A stretch of 64,000 nt of DNA from an uncultured Christensenella sp. (GTDB lineage: Bacteria; Bacillota; Clostridia; Christensenellales; CAG-917), in the NCBI GenBank assembly GCA_910584155.1, contig CAJTYG010000007.1, forward strand, positions 65,848 to 129,847, given 5' to 3'. The position numbers and the translations under genes were made by a program. Positions 47,846-57,711 of this stretch are shown here, in pieces. Position 1 is the stretch's first letter. Each line of letters begins with the position of its first letter. A model generated the notes under the pieces. The model saw only the letters and a program-made list of their open reading frames with translations. It was not told the origin of the DNA and made no database searches.

Positions 47846-48465
47846 AATCCTATCGCTTTATAGATGGCGAATATGAATATAGGTGCGAGATAAAACGCTC
47901 GCTCTTTATTGCGACCGTCAAGGGCGAGGTGGACGCAGATACTGCCGACGAATTTGTAAAAAGCGTGCGCAAGCGATATCCCGACGCAACGCACAACTGC
48001 TATGCGTACGTATCCGACGAGCTTGGCAATGCGACACGCTTCAGCGACGACGGCGAGCCCGGCGGGACTGCCGGTCAACCCATTTTGGACGTGCTCAAGA
48101 AGCAGGGGATAGTAAGATCCGCAATAGTCGTGACACGCTATTTCGGCGGAATAAAGCTCGGGGCTGGCGGACTTGTCGGCGCATATTCCGGCACGGCTTC
48201 CGAGGCTGTGAAAGTTGCAAAGATATCCCAAAAGGTAGAGTGCGCTCTTGTAGAGGTCACGGCAAGCTATTCCGATTACGCCGTGCTTGAAAAATATATT
48301 CGCAAAAGCGTTTGCAGCTTGAGCGAGGTTGAATACGGTGATAATGTGACGGCACGCATATTTGTGCCGCTTGACAGCGCACCCGACTTTGAGCTGAGCA
48401 TAAAGGAGCTTAGCGGTGCGAGGGCGGCGACTGTCATAAAGGAAGGGCGATTTGAGCGCCTTTAA
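47842..48465 (+). CDS. YigZ/IMPACT-family protein
   Basis: KRSLFIATV...ATHNCYAY...DDGEPGGTAG.PIL...VVTRYFGGIKLGAGGL. Confidence 0.85.
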   Translation: MKSYRFIDGEYEYRCEIKRSLFIATVKGEVDADTADEFVKSVRKRYPDATHNCYAYVSDELGNATRFSDDGEPGGTAGQPILDVLKKQGIVRSAIVVTRYFGGIKLGAGGLVGAYSGTASEAVKVAKISQKVECALVEVTASYSDYAVLEKYIRKSVCSLSEVEYGDNVTARIFVPLDSAPDFELSIKELSGARAATVIKEGRFERL

Positions 48466-48475
48466 GGAGAAATAT

Positions 48476-49537
48476 ATGAAAATCAAACTTGTAGCCCAAA
48501 GAAAGCAAAAGCCCGATTTTTCCAAACTCGGTTTCGGAAAGTATTTTACAGACCATATGCTCGTATGGGAATATGACGCCGACAAGGGCGGTTGGCAGGA
48601 GCAGTGCATTATGCCTTACGAGGACTTTGCACTTGATCCCGCCTGCTGCTCGCTGCATTACGGACAGGGTATTTTCGAGGGCTTAAAGGCGTATAAGACG
48701 GCGGACGGAAAGGTGACTACATTCCGCCCGAGAGACAATTTTGAGCGTATGAACAAGAGCGCTACACGTCTTTGTATGGCAAATTTTGACGTGGACGAGG
48801 CTTTAAGCGGACTTGACGAGCTCATCAAAATAGAGCAGGAGTGGATACCTACTGCAGAGGGTACTTCGCTTTATATCCGTCCGTTTATGTTTGGCACCGA
48901 GCCGTTTTTGGGCGTGCACCCGAGCAAGAGATTTTTGTTTACGATAATTCTTTCACCCGTCGGAAGCTATTATGCGCACGGGCTCGAGCCTACAAAGCTC
49001 ATAGTAGAGGACAAATATACACGTGCGTCTATAGGCGGCACGGGCGAGGCGAAGTGTATGGGCAATTATGCCGCTTCGCTGCTTGCAGGCGAGGAAGCAA
49101 AGAAAAAGGGCTACGATCAGGTGCTTTGGCTTGACGGCGAGGAAAAGAAATACGTCACGGAGGTCGGTTCGATGAATATGGCGTTTGTCATCGACGGCAA
49201 GGTGGTCACGCCTATGCTTGACGGCTCCATACTTCACGGCATCACGAGAGACAGCGCAATAAAGGTGCTGCGTGCACACGGCATAGAGGTGGAAGAGCGC
49301 AAAATAAGCATAGAAGAGCTTGTAGAAGCCTCCGCCGCAGGCAGACTGCAGGAGGCTTTCGGCACAGGTACGGCGGCTGTCATTTCGCCTGTCGGCACAA
49401 TCACATACAAAGGCAAGGATATTGTGATAAACGACGGAAAGATGGGCAAGATCACCGAGTGGCTGTATGACAGGATAACCGGCATACAGAGAGGCAAATA
49501 TGCCGACGACTTCGGCTGGGTGCACGGCATAAACTGA
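48476..49537 (+). CDS. ilvE: Branched-chain-amino-acid aminotransferase
   Basis: Class IV aminotransferase motifs (LHYGQGIFEGLKAY, GTGEAKCMGNYAAS, GITR). The ATG at 48476 follows AAGGAGA. Confidence 0.9.
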   Translation: MKIKLVAQRKQKPDFSKLGFGKYFTDHMLVWEYDADKGGWQEQCIMPYEDFALDPACCSLHYGQGIFEGLKAYKTADGKVTTFRPRDNFERMNKSATRLCMANFDVDEALSGLDELIKIEQEWIPTAEGTSLYIRPFMFGTEPFLGVHPSKRFLFTIILSPVGSYYAHGLEPTKLIVEDKYTRASIGGTGEAKCMGNYAASLLAGEEAKKKGYDQVLWLDGEEKKYVTEVGSMNMAFVIDGKVVTPMLDGSILHGITRDSAIKVLRAHGIEVEERKISIEELVEASAAGRLQEAFGTGTAAVISPVGTITYKGKDIVINDGKMGKITEWLYDRITGIQRGKYADDFGWVHGIN

Positions 49538-49545
49538 GGTGTCAG

Positions 49546-50040
49546 GTGGAATATACTCTTGACCAAAAGCGTGCGGGCGAGGCATACGAGGCGCTTGTAA
49601 AATATCTTGCGGTATGTCAGCGCTCCGAAAAGGAATGCAGAGAAAAGCTATATTCAAAGGGCTTCCACAAAGACGAGGTAGAGTTTGCGATAGACAAGGC
49701 AAAGGGCTACAGATATATAGACGACGAAGAATATGTCCGCAATTTTTTGCTTTTCAACAAGACGAAATACGGCGCAAAAAAGCTGTCCTATAAGCTTATA
49801 ACCGAAAAGGGCGTTGACAAAGAGCTCGTAGAAAATATGATAGCCGACACCCTCGACGACGGCTTTGAAGTGGAAGTCTGCACGCAATTTGCGGTAAAAT
49901 ACGTAAAACAAAAAAAGCTGACCGACAAAAAGGATATACGAAAGCTCACGGCGTTTTTATATCAGAAGGGCTTTGACTGGCACATAATAAACACCGTTGT
50001 GGAAGCTATTTTCGATGATTGCGATATTGAAGATTGTTGA
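49546..50040 (+). CDS. recX: RecA regulator RecX
   Basis: Repeated three-helix modules (RSEKECREKLYSKGF..EVEFAIDKAKGYRYIDDEEY). GTG start after GAGGTG. Confidence 0.8.
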   Translation: MEYTLDQKRAGEAYEALVKYLAVCQRSEKECREKLYSKGFHKDEVEFAIDKAKGYRYIDDEEYVRNFLLFNKTKYGAKKLSYKLITEKGVDKELVENMIADTLDDGFEVEVCTQFAVKYVKQKKLTDKKDIRKLTAFLYQKGFDWHIINTVVEAIFDDCDIEDC

Positions 50041-50079
50041 CAAAATGCGTAGTTTATCCTGCAAAATAATCGGATAAAG

Positions 50080-50427
50080 TCAAGTTTCAAAAAATCCGAG
50101 GGATACGAGCAGGGCTTCGTTCACCCTTGACATCATATTGATAGGCAGCTCGCCTATCTTTTCTTTTAGCCTGCGTTTGTCAAGCGTGCGTATCTGCTCG
50201 AGCAAAACCACCGAGTCCTTTGGCAGTCCGCTTTGGCTTGCGGGCAGTGCGATATGGGTGGGCAGCTTTGCCTTGTCCATTTGCGAGGTTATTGCGGCGG
50301 CGATTATTGTGGGGCTGTATTTGTTGCCGACGTTGTTTTGCACTATCAGCACAGGGCGCACGCCGCCTTGCTCGCTTCCCACGACCGGACTTAAGTCCGC
50401 ATAATACAAATCGCCTCTCTTTACCAT
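50080..50427 (-). CDS. mazF: MazF/EndoA-type endoribonuclease toxin
   Basis: [54 protein letters not shown] is near-collinear with B. subtilis EndoA (NdoA). Confidence 0.9.
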   Translation of the reverse strand: MVKRGDLYYADLSPVVGSEQGGVRPVLIVQNNVGNKYSPTIIAAAITSQMDKAKLPTHIALPASQSGLPKDSVVLLEQIRTLDKRRLKEKIGELPINMMSRVNEALLVSLGFFET

Positions 50428-50581
50428 ATCCATACCGCAAATTATTGTCAACTTTGTTTGATTTTATCCCTCTGCATACTATGAGTTTAAAAATATAAAT
50501 AGTGCAGAGTGCGCGTATTATAAAATTTTTAAACTTCAAAAAAATCCGCACGTTTTTAAAGCTGTCGCAATAATATTTACT

Positions 50582-51544
50582 ATGACAAAAATTGCTATAA
50601 TCGGTTATGGAAATCTCGGCAAGGCTTTGGAACGCATTGCATATGCAAGCGACGATTTAAATGTTGCGGGCATATTCACAAGACGTGACCCGAAGCAAAT
50701 GACTTCGCCATTCGGCACCGCTTTTTTTAAGCAGGACGATATTTTTGATATGGCGCAGGACATAGACGTTGCGTGCATATGCACAGGCTCCGCAAACGAC
50801 GTTACGGCTTTGGGGGTGCGGCTTGCGGCGGTAGTAAACACCGTTGACAGCTTCGATACGCACGCAAAGATGTCCGACTATTTTGCGGCAATGGACAAGG
50901 CTGCGACAAATGCAAACAAGCTATCCATAATAGGCGCAGGTTGGGACCCCGGTCTGTTTTCGCTTATGCGTGCTCTGTTTGAGGGCGTTTTGCCAAACGG
51001 CGGCAGCCATACGTTTTGGGGCAGAGGCGTATCGCAAGGGCACAGCGAGGCTATACGCCGCATAGAGGGAGTGCTTGACGCAAGGCAGTATACCGTGCCT
51101 AAGGCCGAGGCGTTGCGCATTGCAAGAGAGGGCGTAGCAACGCTTAGCGACAGGGATAAGCATTTCAGAGAGTGCTACGTTGTGGCAGCGGACGGCGCAG
51201 ACAGAGATAGGATAAGAAAGAGTATAGTGGAAATGCCAAACTATTTTGCGCCGTACGATACGTCCGTGACATTCATTGACGCCGAGCAGATGAGGGTAGA
51301 GCACAGCGCAATGCCGCACGCAGGCTTTGTGCTGTGCACGGGCAGTGTAAACGGCAATACGAGCAGGCTTGAATTTTCGCTGAAGCTTGACAGCAACCCC
51401 GACTTTACTGCGGCGGTGATGGCTGCATACACAAGGGCGAACGCAAGGCTCGCAAGCAAAGGCGAGTGCGGAGTAAGGACGGTTTTGGATATTCCCGTAA
51501 GCGCACTTTTTGACGGCAGGGCGGAAATAATAAGATTTATTTGA
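50582..51544 (+). CDS. ddh: meso-diaminopimelate D-dehydrogenase
   Basis: KIAIIGYGNLGK, GWDPGLFSL and TFWGRGVSQGHSEAIRRIEGV motifs. Confidence 0.88.
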   Translation: MTKIAIIGYGNLGKALERIAYASDDLNVAGIFTRRDPKQMTSPFGTAFFKQDDIFDMAQDIDVACICTGSANDVTALGVRLAAVVNTVDSFDTHAKMSDYFAAMDKAATNANKLSIIGAGWDPGLFSLMRALFEGVLPNGGSHTFWGRGVSQGHSEAIRRIEGVLDARQYTVPKAEALRIAREGVATLSDRDKHFRECYVVAADGADRDRIRKSIVEMPNYFAPYDTSVTFIDAEQMRVEHSAMPHAGFVLCTGSVNGNTSRLEFSLKLDSNPDFTAAVMAAYTRANARLASKGECGVRTVLDIPVSALFDGRAEIIRFI

Positions 51545-51593
51545 CGAAAATTTGCTTGCCATAGGCATTTGTATACGCTAAAATAAACGGGAT

Positions 51594-52250
51594 ATGAAAA
51601 CTTACGATTATATTTTGTTTGATTTAGACGGAACTGTGACCGACAGCAAGCGAGGCATTATCACCTGCATCAAATATGCGCTCAGATGCAAGGGGATAGA
51701 CTTCCCCGAAGAGAGCGTTTTCGACAAGATGGTGGGACCGCCCTTTCGCTATTCGATGAAGGAATTTTTAGGGCTCGATATGCCTATGATAGAGCAGCTT
51801 ATCGCCCTTTATCGTGGCAAATACGAGGTGGACGGCTGGTGCGACTGCAACATATATGACGGAATGGTGGACGTCTTAAAAACCCTTAAGGCGGCAGGCA
51901 AAAAGCTTGCCATCGCTACATCTAAACCGTGGAAATTCACCGACATAATGATAAAAGGCTTGGACCTTATGCAGTATTTCGATTTTGTCGGCGGCGCATC
52001 CTGCGACGCAAGCAAGGAAACTAAGGCGGATGTGATAAACCTTGTGCTTGACAATCTCGGCGTAAGCGACAAAAGCAGGGTGCTTATGGTCGGTGACAGG
52101 CTGTTTGACATCGAGGGGGCGCATAAGGTCGGCTTGGACTGCGCCGCAGTTTTGTGGGGATACGGCAGCGAGCAGGAATTTAAAGAGTATAAAGCGGAAT
52201 ATATCCTGCAAGCTCCGCAGGATATCGTAAAGCTCGTATTAGGTAAATAA
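51594..52250 (+). CDS. HAD-superfamily phosphatase (phosphoglycolate phosphatase-like)
   Basis: DLDGTVTDS, TSK and GDRLFDIEGA motifs. Confidence 0.85.
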   Translation: MKTYDYILFDLDGTVTDSKRGIITCIKYALRCKGIDFPEESVFDKMVGPPFRYSMKEFLGLDMPMIEQLIALYRGKYEVDGWCDCNIYDGMVDVLKTLKAAGKKLAIATSKPWKFTDIMIKGLDLMQYFDFVGGASCDASKETKADVINLVLDNLGVSDKSRVLMVGDRLFDIEGAHKVGLDCAAVLWGYGSEQEFKEYKAEYILQAPQDIVKLVLGK

Positions 52251-52304
52251 AATCAAAAACCCTGTTTATCATTGCGTTTTGTGCTGATAAAGCAGGGCTT
52301 TTGT

Positions 52305-53195
52305 TTAAAACTTTTCAATTACGTTGAAGTTGCAGACAGACCTTGTAAACGCAATTTTGTGCTGTCCTTTATCGACAGTGTGCTTTTCGCCGTCTCGGCA
52401 GTAAACGGTAGGCTCGGCGTGCGTGACGCTTGCTCTGTACACTTTTTTGAAGATGATTTTGCCTTCTCTCTCACGCTTAAGTCCGATAAAAAAGGTGCGG
52501 AAAAACGGGAAAAACATCTCTATTTTGCCAAGCAGTCCGTCGTGTTTTGGCGAGCGTATTGCGACAAGATGCCCGCTTAAGCTTTCGCTGTCAAACGCCT
52601 TGTTGAAGCTGAAGCCGAAGCAGCGTGGCGATTTTACAAACATTATCAGCGCAAATTCGCCGCCATAGCGGGTGCCGTCGCAGTCTATTTCCGCCATTAT
52701 GCGGTGCACCTTGTATTCCTCAAGCACTCTGCCGATATACGCCAAAACGCCTATCTTTTTTTTGACGGCTACGCTTGCGGTGTAGCCTATGGGCGTAAAT
52801 GCGCCTGCGGCAAACACGTATGCGAATATGCGGTCGTTTTTGCCGTCGCACCGACCGAGCACAACCTGCTTGTTTTTGATTTCGCCGCCGCAGGACGGGC
52901 AGACGGTTTTTGTGCCCTCGTATCTTTCCGCCTTGGCTTTGTCGTTTAGCGTGCCTACGGGGAAATACCATACGTCCACGGGCTTGTCGTAAACCTTGCT
53001 CAGTATCGAGCCGAGCGTGCCGTCTCCGCCGCATACGGCTACTGCGTCATAGCCGTTTAAGTCGGGCTCGGGTCCGTCGGGAATGGAACGGCGTGTATAT
53101 TCGTATACGTCGCCTAAGCATTGCTCCACCTTTTCAAAGGATATCCTTTTGCTTCCGCCTGCCGCTTTGTTGATGATAATAAGACATTTTTTCAT
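52305..53195 (-). CDS. Diacylglycerol/lipid kinase family protein (YegS/DagK-like)
   Basis: IINKAAGG and VAVCGGDGTLG motifs. Confidence 0.8.
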   Translation of the reverse strand: MKKCLIIINKAAGGSKRISFEKVEQCLGDVYEYTRRSIPDGPEPDLNGYDAVAVCGGDGTLGSILSKVYDKPVDVWYFPVGTLNDKAKAERYEGTKTVCPSCGGEIKNKQVVLGRCDGKNDRIFAYVFAAGAFTPIGYTASVAVKKKIGVLAYIGRVLEEYKVHRIMAEIDCDGTRYGGEFALIMFVKSPRCFGFSFNKAFDSESLSGHLVAIRSPKHDGLLGKIEMFFPFFRTFFIGLKREREGKIIFKKVYRASVTHAEPTVYCRDGEKHTVDKGQHKIAFTRSVCNFNVIEKF

Positions 53196-53354
53196 TTTGT
53201 CGTTTACCTGTCAGTTTAATATACTTTGCTTTGGCTTATTATGTGCAAAAATCAAATTTATACGGGCAAATGCGTTTACATAAGTGTTTTTATCTGTTAT
53301 AATAGCTATAATTACTGTATTCACGTATGCGTGCGTGAGAGTAAAGGAGCAAAT

Positions 53355-54164
53355 ATGGCAATCAAATTCGGTCAGATAGACTCTAAAGAGCTGTTTACTA
53401 TCCCCAACATCATTACGTATTTCCGTATTTTGTGCGTTCCCGCATTTGTCGCTTTGATGGCGGTGGGCGGAATGCGTTCTGATTTCGTCCTGTTTTATGT
53501 GGCTTTGGGCGTTTTCCTCATTGCCGCAGGCAGCGACCTCATCGACGGCTGGATCGCAAGACGCTTCAATATGCAAAGCGGAATAGGTATGGTTTTCGAT
53601 CCCATTGCGGACAAGCTCATGCACATTGCGGTGCTTGCCTGTCTGTCATTCTGCACGGGGCTCACGCCTCTCGGCAAAAATCTTGTCGCAGACGGCACGC
53701 TGTCAAATCCGTGGTTCGTGCATTACGCATTTGTGATACTCATTCTCGCAAAAGAGATCATACAGGGGCTTATCGGCTTTGTGTTTGTCAAAAAGGGCGT
53801 CACGGTCAAAGCAAACTGGCTTGGCAAGGTTTCGTCGTTTACGATTTCGGTGGGCGTTATACTGGGCTTCTTCCACAACTTTGTGCAATATGCCGACTGG
53901 GGCATACTTGCTTGGGGCATTGCGCTGTCCTATGCTGCGGCAGGCGCATATCTTGTGGATTCCATAAAGCAGGTCAAGCGCATCGAGAGAGGCGAGCAAA
54001 AGGCGATATCCTCAGAGACCGCTAAGGAAAACGATATCAAGGCGGCGGAAAAGAGAAAGAGCGGCGCAACGGGCGGCATATTCTCAGAGGACGGCGATAT
54101 CCTCGCCCAGAACGTGGCGGATCAGGCTGTTGAAAAGGATTTAAATGACGGCGCAGAGGAATAA
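53355..54164 (+). CDS. CDP-alcohol phosphatidyltransferase family protein (PgsA-like) with an extended C-terminus
   Basis: DLIDGWIARRFNMQSGIGMVFDPIADKL is the CDP-alcohol transferase motif. The ATG at 53355 follows AAGGAG. Confidence 0.85.
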   Translation: MAIKFGQIDSKELFTIPNIITYFRILCVPAFVALMAVGGMRSDFVLFYVALGVFLIAAGSDLIDGWIARRFNMQSGIGMVFDPIADKLMHIAVLACLSFCTGLTPLGKNLVADGTLSNPWFVHYAFVILILAKEIIQGLIGFVFVKKGVTVKANWLGKVSSFTISVGVILGFFHNFVQYADWGILAWGIALSYAAAGAYLVDSIKQVKRIERGEQKAISSETAKENDIKAAEKRKSGATGGIFSEDGDILAQNVADQAVEKDLNDGAEE

Positions 54165-54186
54165 CAGTCTGCGTCAGGAGAGATTT

Positions 54187-56805
54187 ATGGAACAAATGGA
54201 AAAAACCTACGATCCCGCTTTTGAAAAGAGTATCTATCAAAAGTGGATAAAAAACAAATGCTTTGAGGCTCACGTCGATCCCGACAAGGAGCCTTTTACA
54301 ATAATGATGCCTCCGCCCAACATTACGGGACAGTTGCATATGGGGCATGCGCTTGACGACACCACGCAGGATATCATCATTCGCTTTAAGCGTATGAGCG
54401 GATACGAAACGCTATGGCTTCCCGGCACCGATCACGCCGCACTTGCGACCGAGGTCAAGATAGTGGAAAAGCTGCGTGAGGAAGGAATAAGCAAAAACGA
54501 GCTTGGCAGAGAAGGCTTCCTTAAGCGTGCGTGGGAGTGGAACGAGCAGTACGGCGGCAGGATAATAGAGCAGTTAAAAGGGCTCGGCGTTTCCTGCGAT
54601 TGGTCAAGGCTTGCTTTCACTATGGACGAAAACTGCTCCAACGCAGTGCTCGAGGCGTTTGTAAGATACTACAAAAAGGGGCTTATATACAGAGGCGACC
54701 GCCTCATAAACTGGTGTCCGCATTGCCATACTGCGCTTAGCGACGCCGAGGTGGAATACGAGGAGCAGCAGTCAAATCTGTGGTATTATAAGTATCCTAT
54801 CGTCGGCGAGGACGACGCTATCGTCATAGCGACCACACGTCCCGAAACTATGCTCGGCGATACCGCAGTCGCAGTAAACCCAAACGACGAGAAGATGTCC
54901 AAATACATAGGCAAGCAGGTTCAGCTTCCGCTTACCGACAGGGTTATCCCCGTTGTCGGCGACGACTACTGCGAGATAGGCTTCGGCACTGGCGCAGTGA
55001 AGATAACGCCTGCGCACGATCCCAACGATTTCGAGCTCGGTTTGCGCCACAATCTGCCCGTGATATCCTGCATAGGCGAGGACGGATTGATGAACGAAAA
55101 CGCAGGCAAGTATAAGGGTATGGACAGGCTCACCGCAAGAAAGGCTATCGTAGAGGACCTGACAAAGCTCGGGCTTATGGTCAAAATTCAGCCCTATGCG
55201 CACAACGTAGGCACCTGCTACAGATGCGGCGAGACGGTGGAATCGCTCATTTCAAAGCAGTGGTTTGTCAAAATGAAGCCGCTTGCCGAGCCCGCTATAA
55301 AGGCAGTGAAGGACAATAAGACGGAGTTTATCCCCAAGCGCTTTGAAAAGACCTATTTCAACTGGATGGAAAACATCAAGGATTGGTGTATATCCCGTCA
55401 GCTTTGGTGGGGGCACAGGATACCCGCATATTACTGCGATGATTGCGGCGAAACGGTAGTATCCAAAACTCCCGTCGACGTCTGCCCGAAGTGCGGCGGC
55501 AAAATGCGTCAGGACGAGGACGTGCTCGATACGTGGTTCAGCTCTGCGCTGTGGCCGTTCAGCACGCTCGGATATCCGAGAAAGACAAAGGCGCTGAGCT
55601 ATTTTTATCCGGGCAGCGTGCTTGTGACCGCATACGACATCATATTCTTCTGGGTGGCGAGAATGATATTCAGCGGCATCGAGTTTATGGGCGACGTGCC
55701 CTTCAGCGAGGTGCTTATACACGGCATAGTGCGTGACGAGCAGGGCAGAAAGATGTCAAAAAGCCTCGGCAACGGCATAGATCCGCTTAAGGTCATCGAA
55801 AAATACGGTGCGGACGCACTGCGCTTTTCGCTTGCGTCGGGCATAGCTCCCGGCTCGGATATGAGATTTTCCGAGGGCAAGATAGAAAGCTGCCGCAACT
55901 TCGTAAACAAGCTGTGGAATGCGTCACGCTTTGTCATTATGAACATAAAAGAGGGCGACAGCCTCACTATGCCGAGCCGCTTGAACGGGCTTGACAAGTG
56001 GATACTTACACGCCTTAACGACGTCGTAAAGGAAGTGACTATAAACCTCAATAAGTATGAAATAGGACAGGCTGCCTCGAGGCTTTACGACTTTGTGTGG
56101 AGCGAGTTCTGTGATTGGTTTATAGAGATGAGCAAGGCGCCCCTGTACGGCGGCGACGAAAAGGAACGTGCGCATGCAATAGCTATGCTCACTTATGTGT
56201 TGGGCGAAATATTGAAGCTTCTTCACCCGTTTATCCCCTTTGTCACAGAAGAGATATACGGCAAGTTTGCGCCAAAGGGCGAGATACTTATGATGCAGCA
56301 GTGGCCGTCCTTTAACAAGCACAGGGTGTACAGGGCGGAGGAAAGCAGCTTCGAGGGGCTGAGAGACGTGATAGTTGCGGTGCGCAATATCCGCAATGAA
56401 ATGAGCGTGCCGCCGTCCAAAAAGATACACGCATTTATCATCGCCAAAAATGAAAAATTCTACAGTCAAGCAAAGGGATTTATTCAGCGTCTTGCAGGCG
56501 TAAGCGATATCACCTTTGTGTCGGACAAGAGCGAGGTCGAGGGCAGAGTGAGCGTTGCGGTCGCACGTGACGCCGAGGTGCTCATTCCTTTGGGCGACCT
56601 TGTGGATACGCAAAAGGAAAAGGAACGCATAAATGCGGAAATCGTGCAGACGCAGGCTATCATAGACAAGACCAACGCCTTGCTCGCAAACGAAAGCTTT
56701 GTTTCACGTGCTCCGCAAAAGCTCGTTGACGGCGAAAGGGCAAAGCTGCAAAACGCTGTCGAAAAGCTTGAAAAACTAAAAGACAAGCTCGTTATGTTTG
56801 ACTGA
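54187..56805 (+). CDS. valS: Valine--tRNA ligase
   Basis: PPPNITGQLHMGH (HIGH), KMSKSLGN and a C-terminal coiled coil. The ATG at 54187 follows AGGAG. Confidence 0.95.
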   Translation: MEQMEKTYDPAFEKSIYQKWIKNKCFEAHVDPDKEPFTIMMPPPNITGQLHMGHALDDTTQDIIIRFKRMSGYETLWLPGTDHAALATEVKIVEKLREEGISKNELGREGFLKRAWEWNEQYGGRIIEQLKGLGVSCDWSRLAFTMDENCSNAVLEAFVRYYKKGLIYRGDRLINWCPHCHTALSDAEVEYEEQQSNLWYYKYPIVGEDDAIVIATTRPETMLGDTAVAVNPNDEKMSKYIGKQVQLPLTDRVIPVVGDDYCEIGFGTGAVKITPAHDPNDFELGLRHNLPVISCIGEDGLMNENAGKYKGMDRLTARKAIVEDLTKLGLMVKIQPYAHNVGTCYRCGETVESLISKQWFVKMKPLAEPAIKAVKDNKTEFIPKRFEKTYFNWMENIKDWCISRQLWWGHRIPAYYCDDCGETVVSKTPVDVCPKCGGKMRQDEDVLDTWFSSALWPFSTLGYPRKTKALSYFYPGSVLVTAYDIIFFWVARMIFSGIEFMGDVPFSEVLIHGIVRDEQGRKMSKSLGNGIDPLKVIEKYGADALRFSLASGIAPGSDMRFSEGKIESCRNFVNKLWNASRFVIMNIKEGDSLTMPSRLNGLDKWILTRLNDVVKEVTINLNKYEIGQAASRLYDFVWSEFCDWFIEMSKAPLYGGDEKERAHAIAMLTYVLGEILKLLHPFIPFVTEEIYGKFAPKGEILMMQQWPSFNKHRVYRAEESSFEGLRDVIVAVRNIRNEMSVPPSKKIHAFIIAKNEKFYSQAKGFIQRLAGVSDITFVSDKSEVEGRVSVAVARDAEVLIPLGDLVDTQKEKERINAEIVQTQAIIDKTNALLANESFVSRAPQKLVDGERAKLQNAVEKLEKLKDKLVMFD

Positions 56806-56824
56806 CGGTCGCAAAGAGGCAAAA

Positions 56825-57688
56825 ATGAGAGTTGTAGACAGTACAAAAAATCTGAATTGCTTTAAGGCTACGTGGCGTTATTTCGGCGACAAGGGCATTT
56901 ATCTTGTGCTCATCAATCTGTTGCCTACGTTGCTTCTGCCGTTTGTGCTGTCGCCGTCGGTGACGATGTACTATCTGTTTGATATGAAAACGATAGATAC
57001 CTCAAGCATCTCGGCGCTGTTTTCGTATATGTGGTCAATGCCGTACTCGTTTTGGTATATAGGCATAATAGGTGCGGTGCTTCTGGTGTTTAGCGCAGCA
57101 ATCACCTTTGGCGTGATAGACAGACATATGCGTGTGGGCGAGTTTACGATAAGCCCTAACAGAGTTAAATCAAGGCTCAATTACAACATACTTACGGCTA
57201 TAAAATTTGTCATAGTTGCCATTGCAAGCTTGGAGTTTTTCAATATAGTGGCAACGCTGCTGTATTACCTGTGGGCAAACGTTTTTGCGGACTATGCCGC
57301 CAAAATGGTGTTTTCGTGCTGCACTCTTGTCATAATGGAATTGTGTATGATATTCACGATGTCGTGGTTTATACTGTGGCCTCCGTTTATGCTGCATACG
57401 GGTATGAAAACGTCGGCGGCGTTCAAAACTGCGTGGAGCAGTATGTCGGGCAGGCTGTTCAGAACTGTGTTTGCAATCCTCGTCATCGTCGTGCCGCTGC
57501 AGATAGTGATGATAATTACCGCTGCGTGCAATCTCGGCGACATATGCCGCACCGTGCTTGACGCAATATCGTATGCAATAATCGTGCCTTACTATATCAC
57601 GCTGATGTACAACACCTTTTATGACATTACGGGCACCGAGCGTATGGACATCGAGGCAAAAAAGAAAAATATTTGGGCTAAGAAGTAA
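56825..57688 (+). CDS. Hypothetical multi-pass membrane protein
   Basis: About 6 hydrophobic helices. ATG at 56825 follows AAGAGG. Starts 19 nt after valS. Confidence 0.65.
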   Translation: MRVVDSTKNLNCFKATWRYFGDKGIYLVLINLLPTLLLPFVLSPSVTMYYLFDMKTIDTSSISALFSYMWSMPYSFWYIGIIGAVLLVFSAAITFGVIDRHMRVGEFTISPNRVKSRLNYNILTAIKFVIVAIASLEFFNIVATLLYYLWANVFADYAAKMVFSCCTLVIMELCMIFTMSWFILWPPFMLHTGMKTSAAFKTAWSSMSGRLFRTVFAILVIVVPLQIVMIITAACNLGDICRTVLDAISYAIIVPYYITLMYNTFYDITGTERMDIEAKKKNIWAKK

Positions 57689-57711
57689 TTTGTAGTATAT
57701 CGGAGAGTAAA

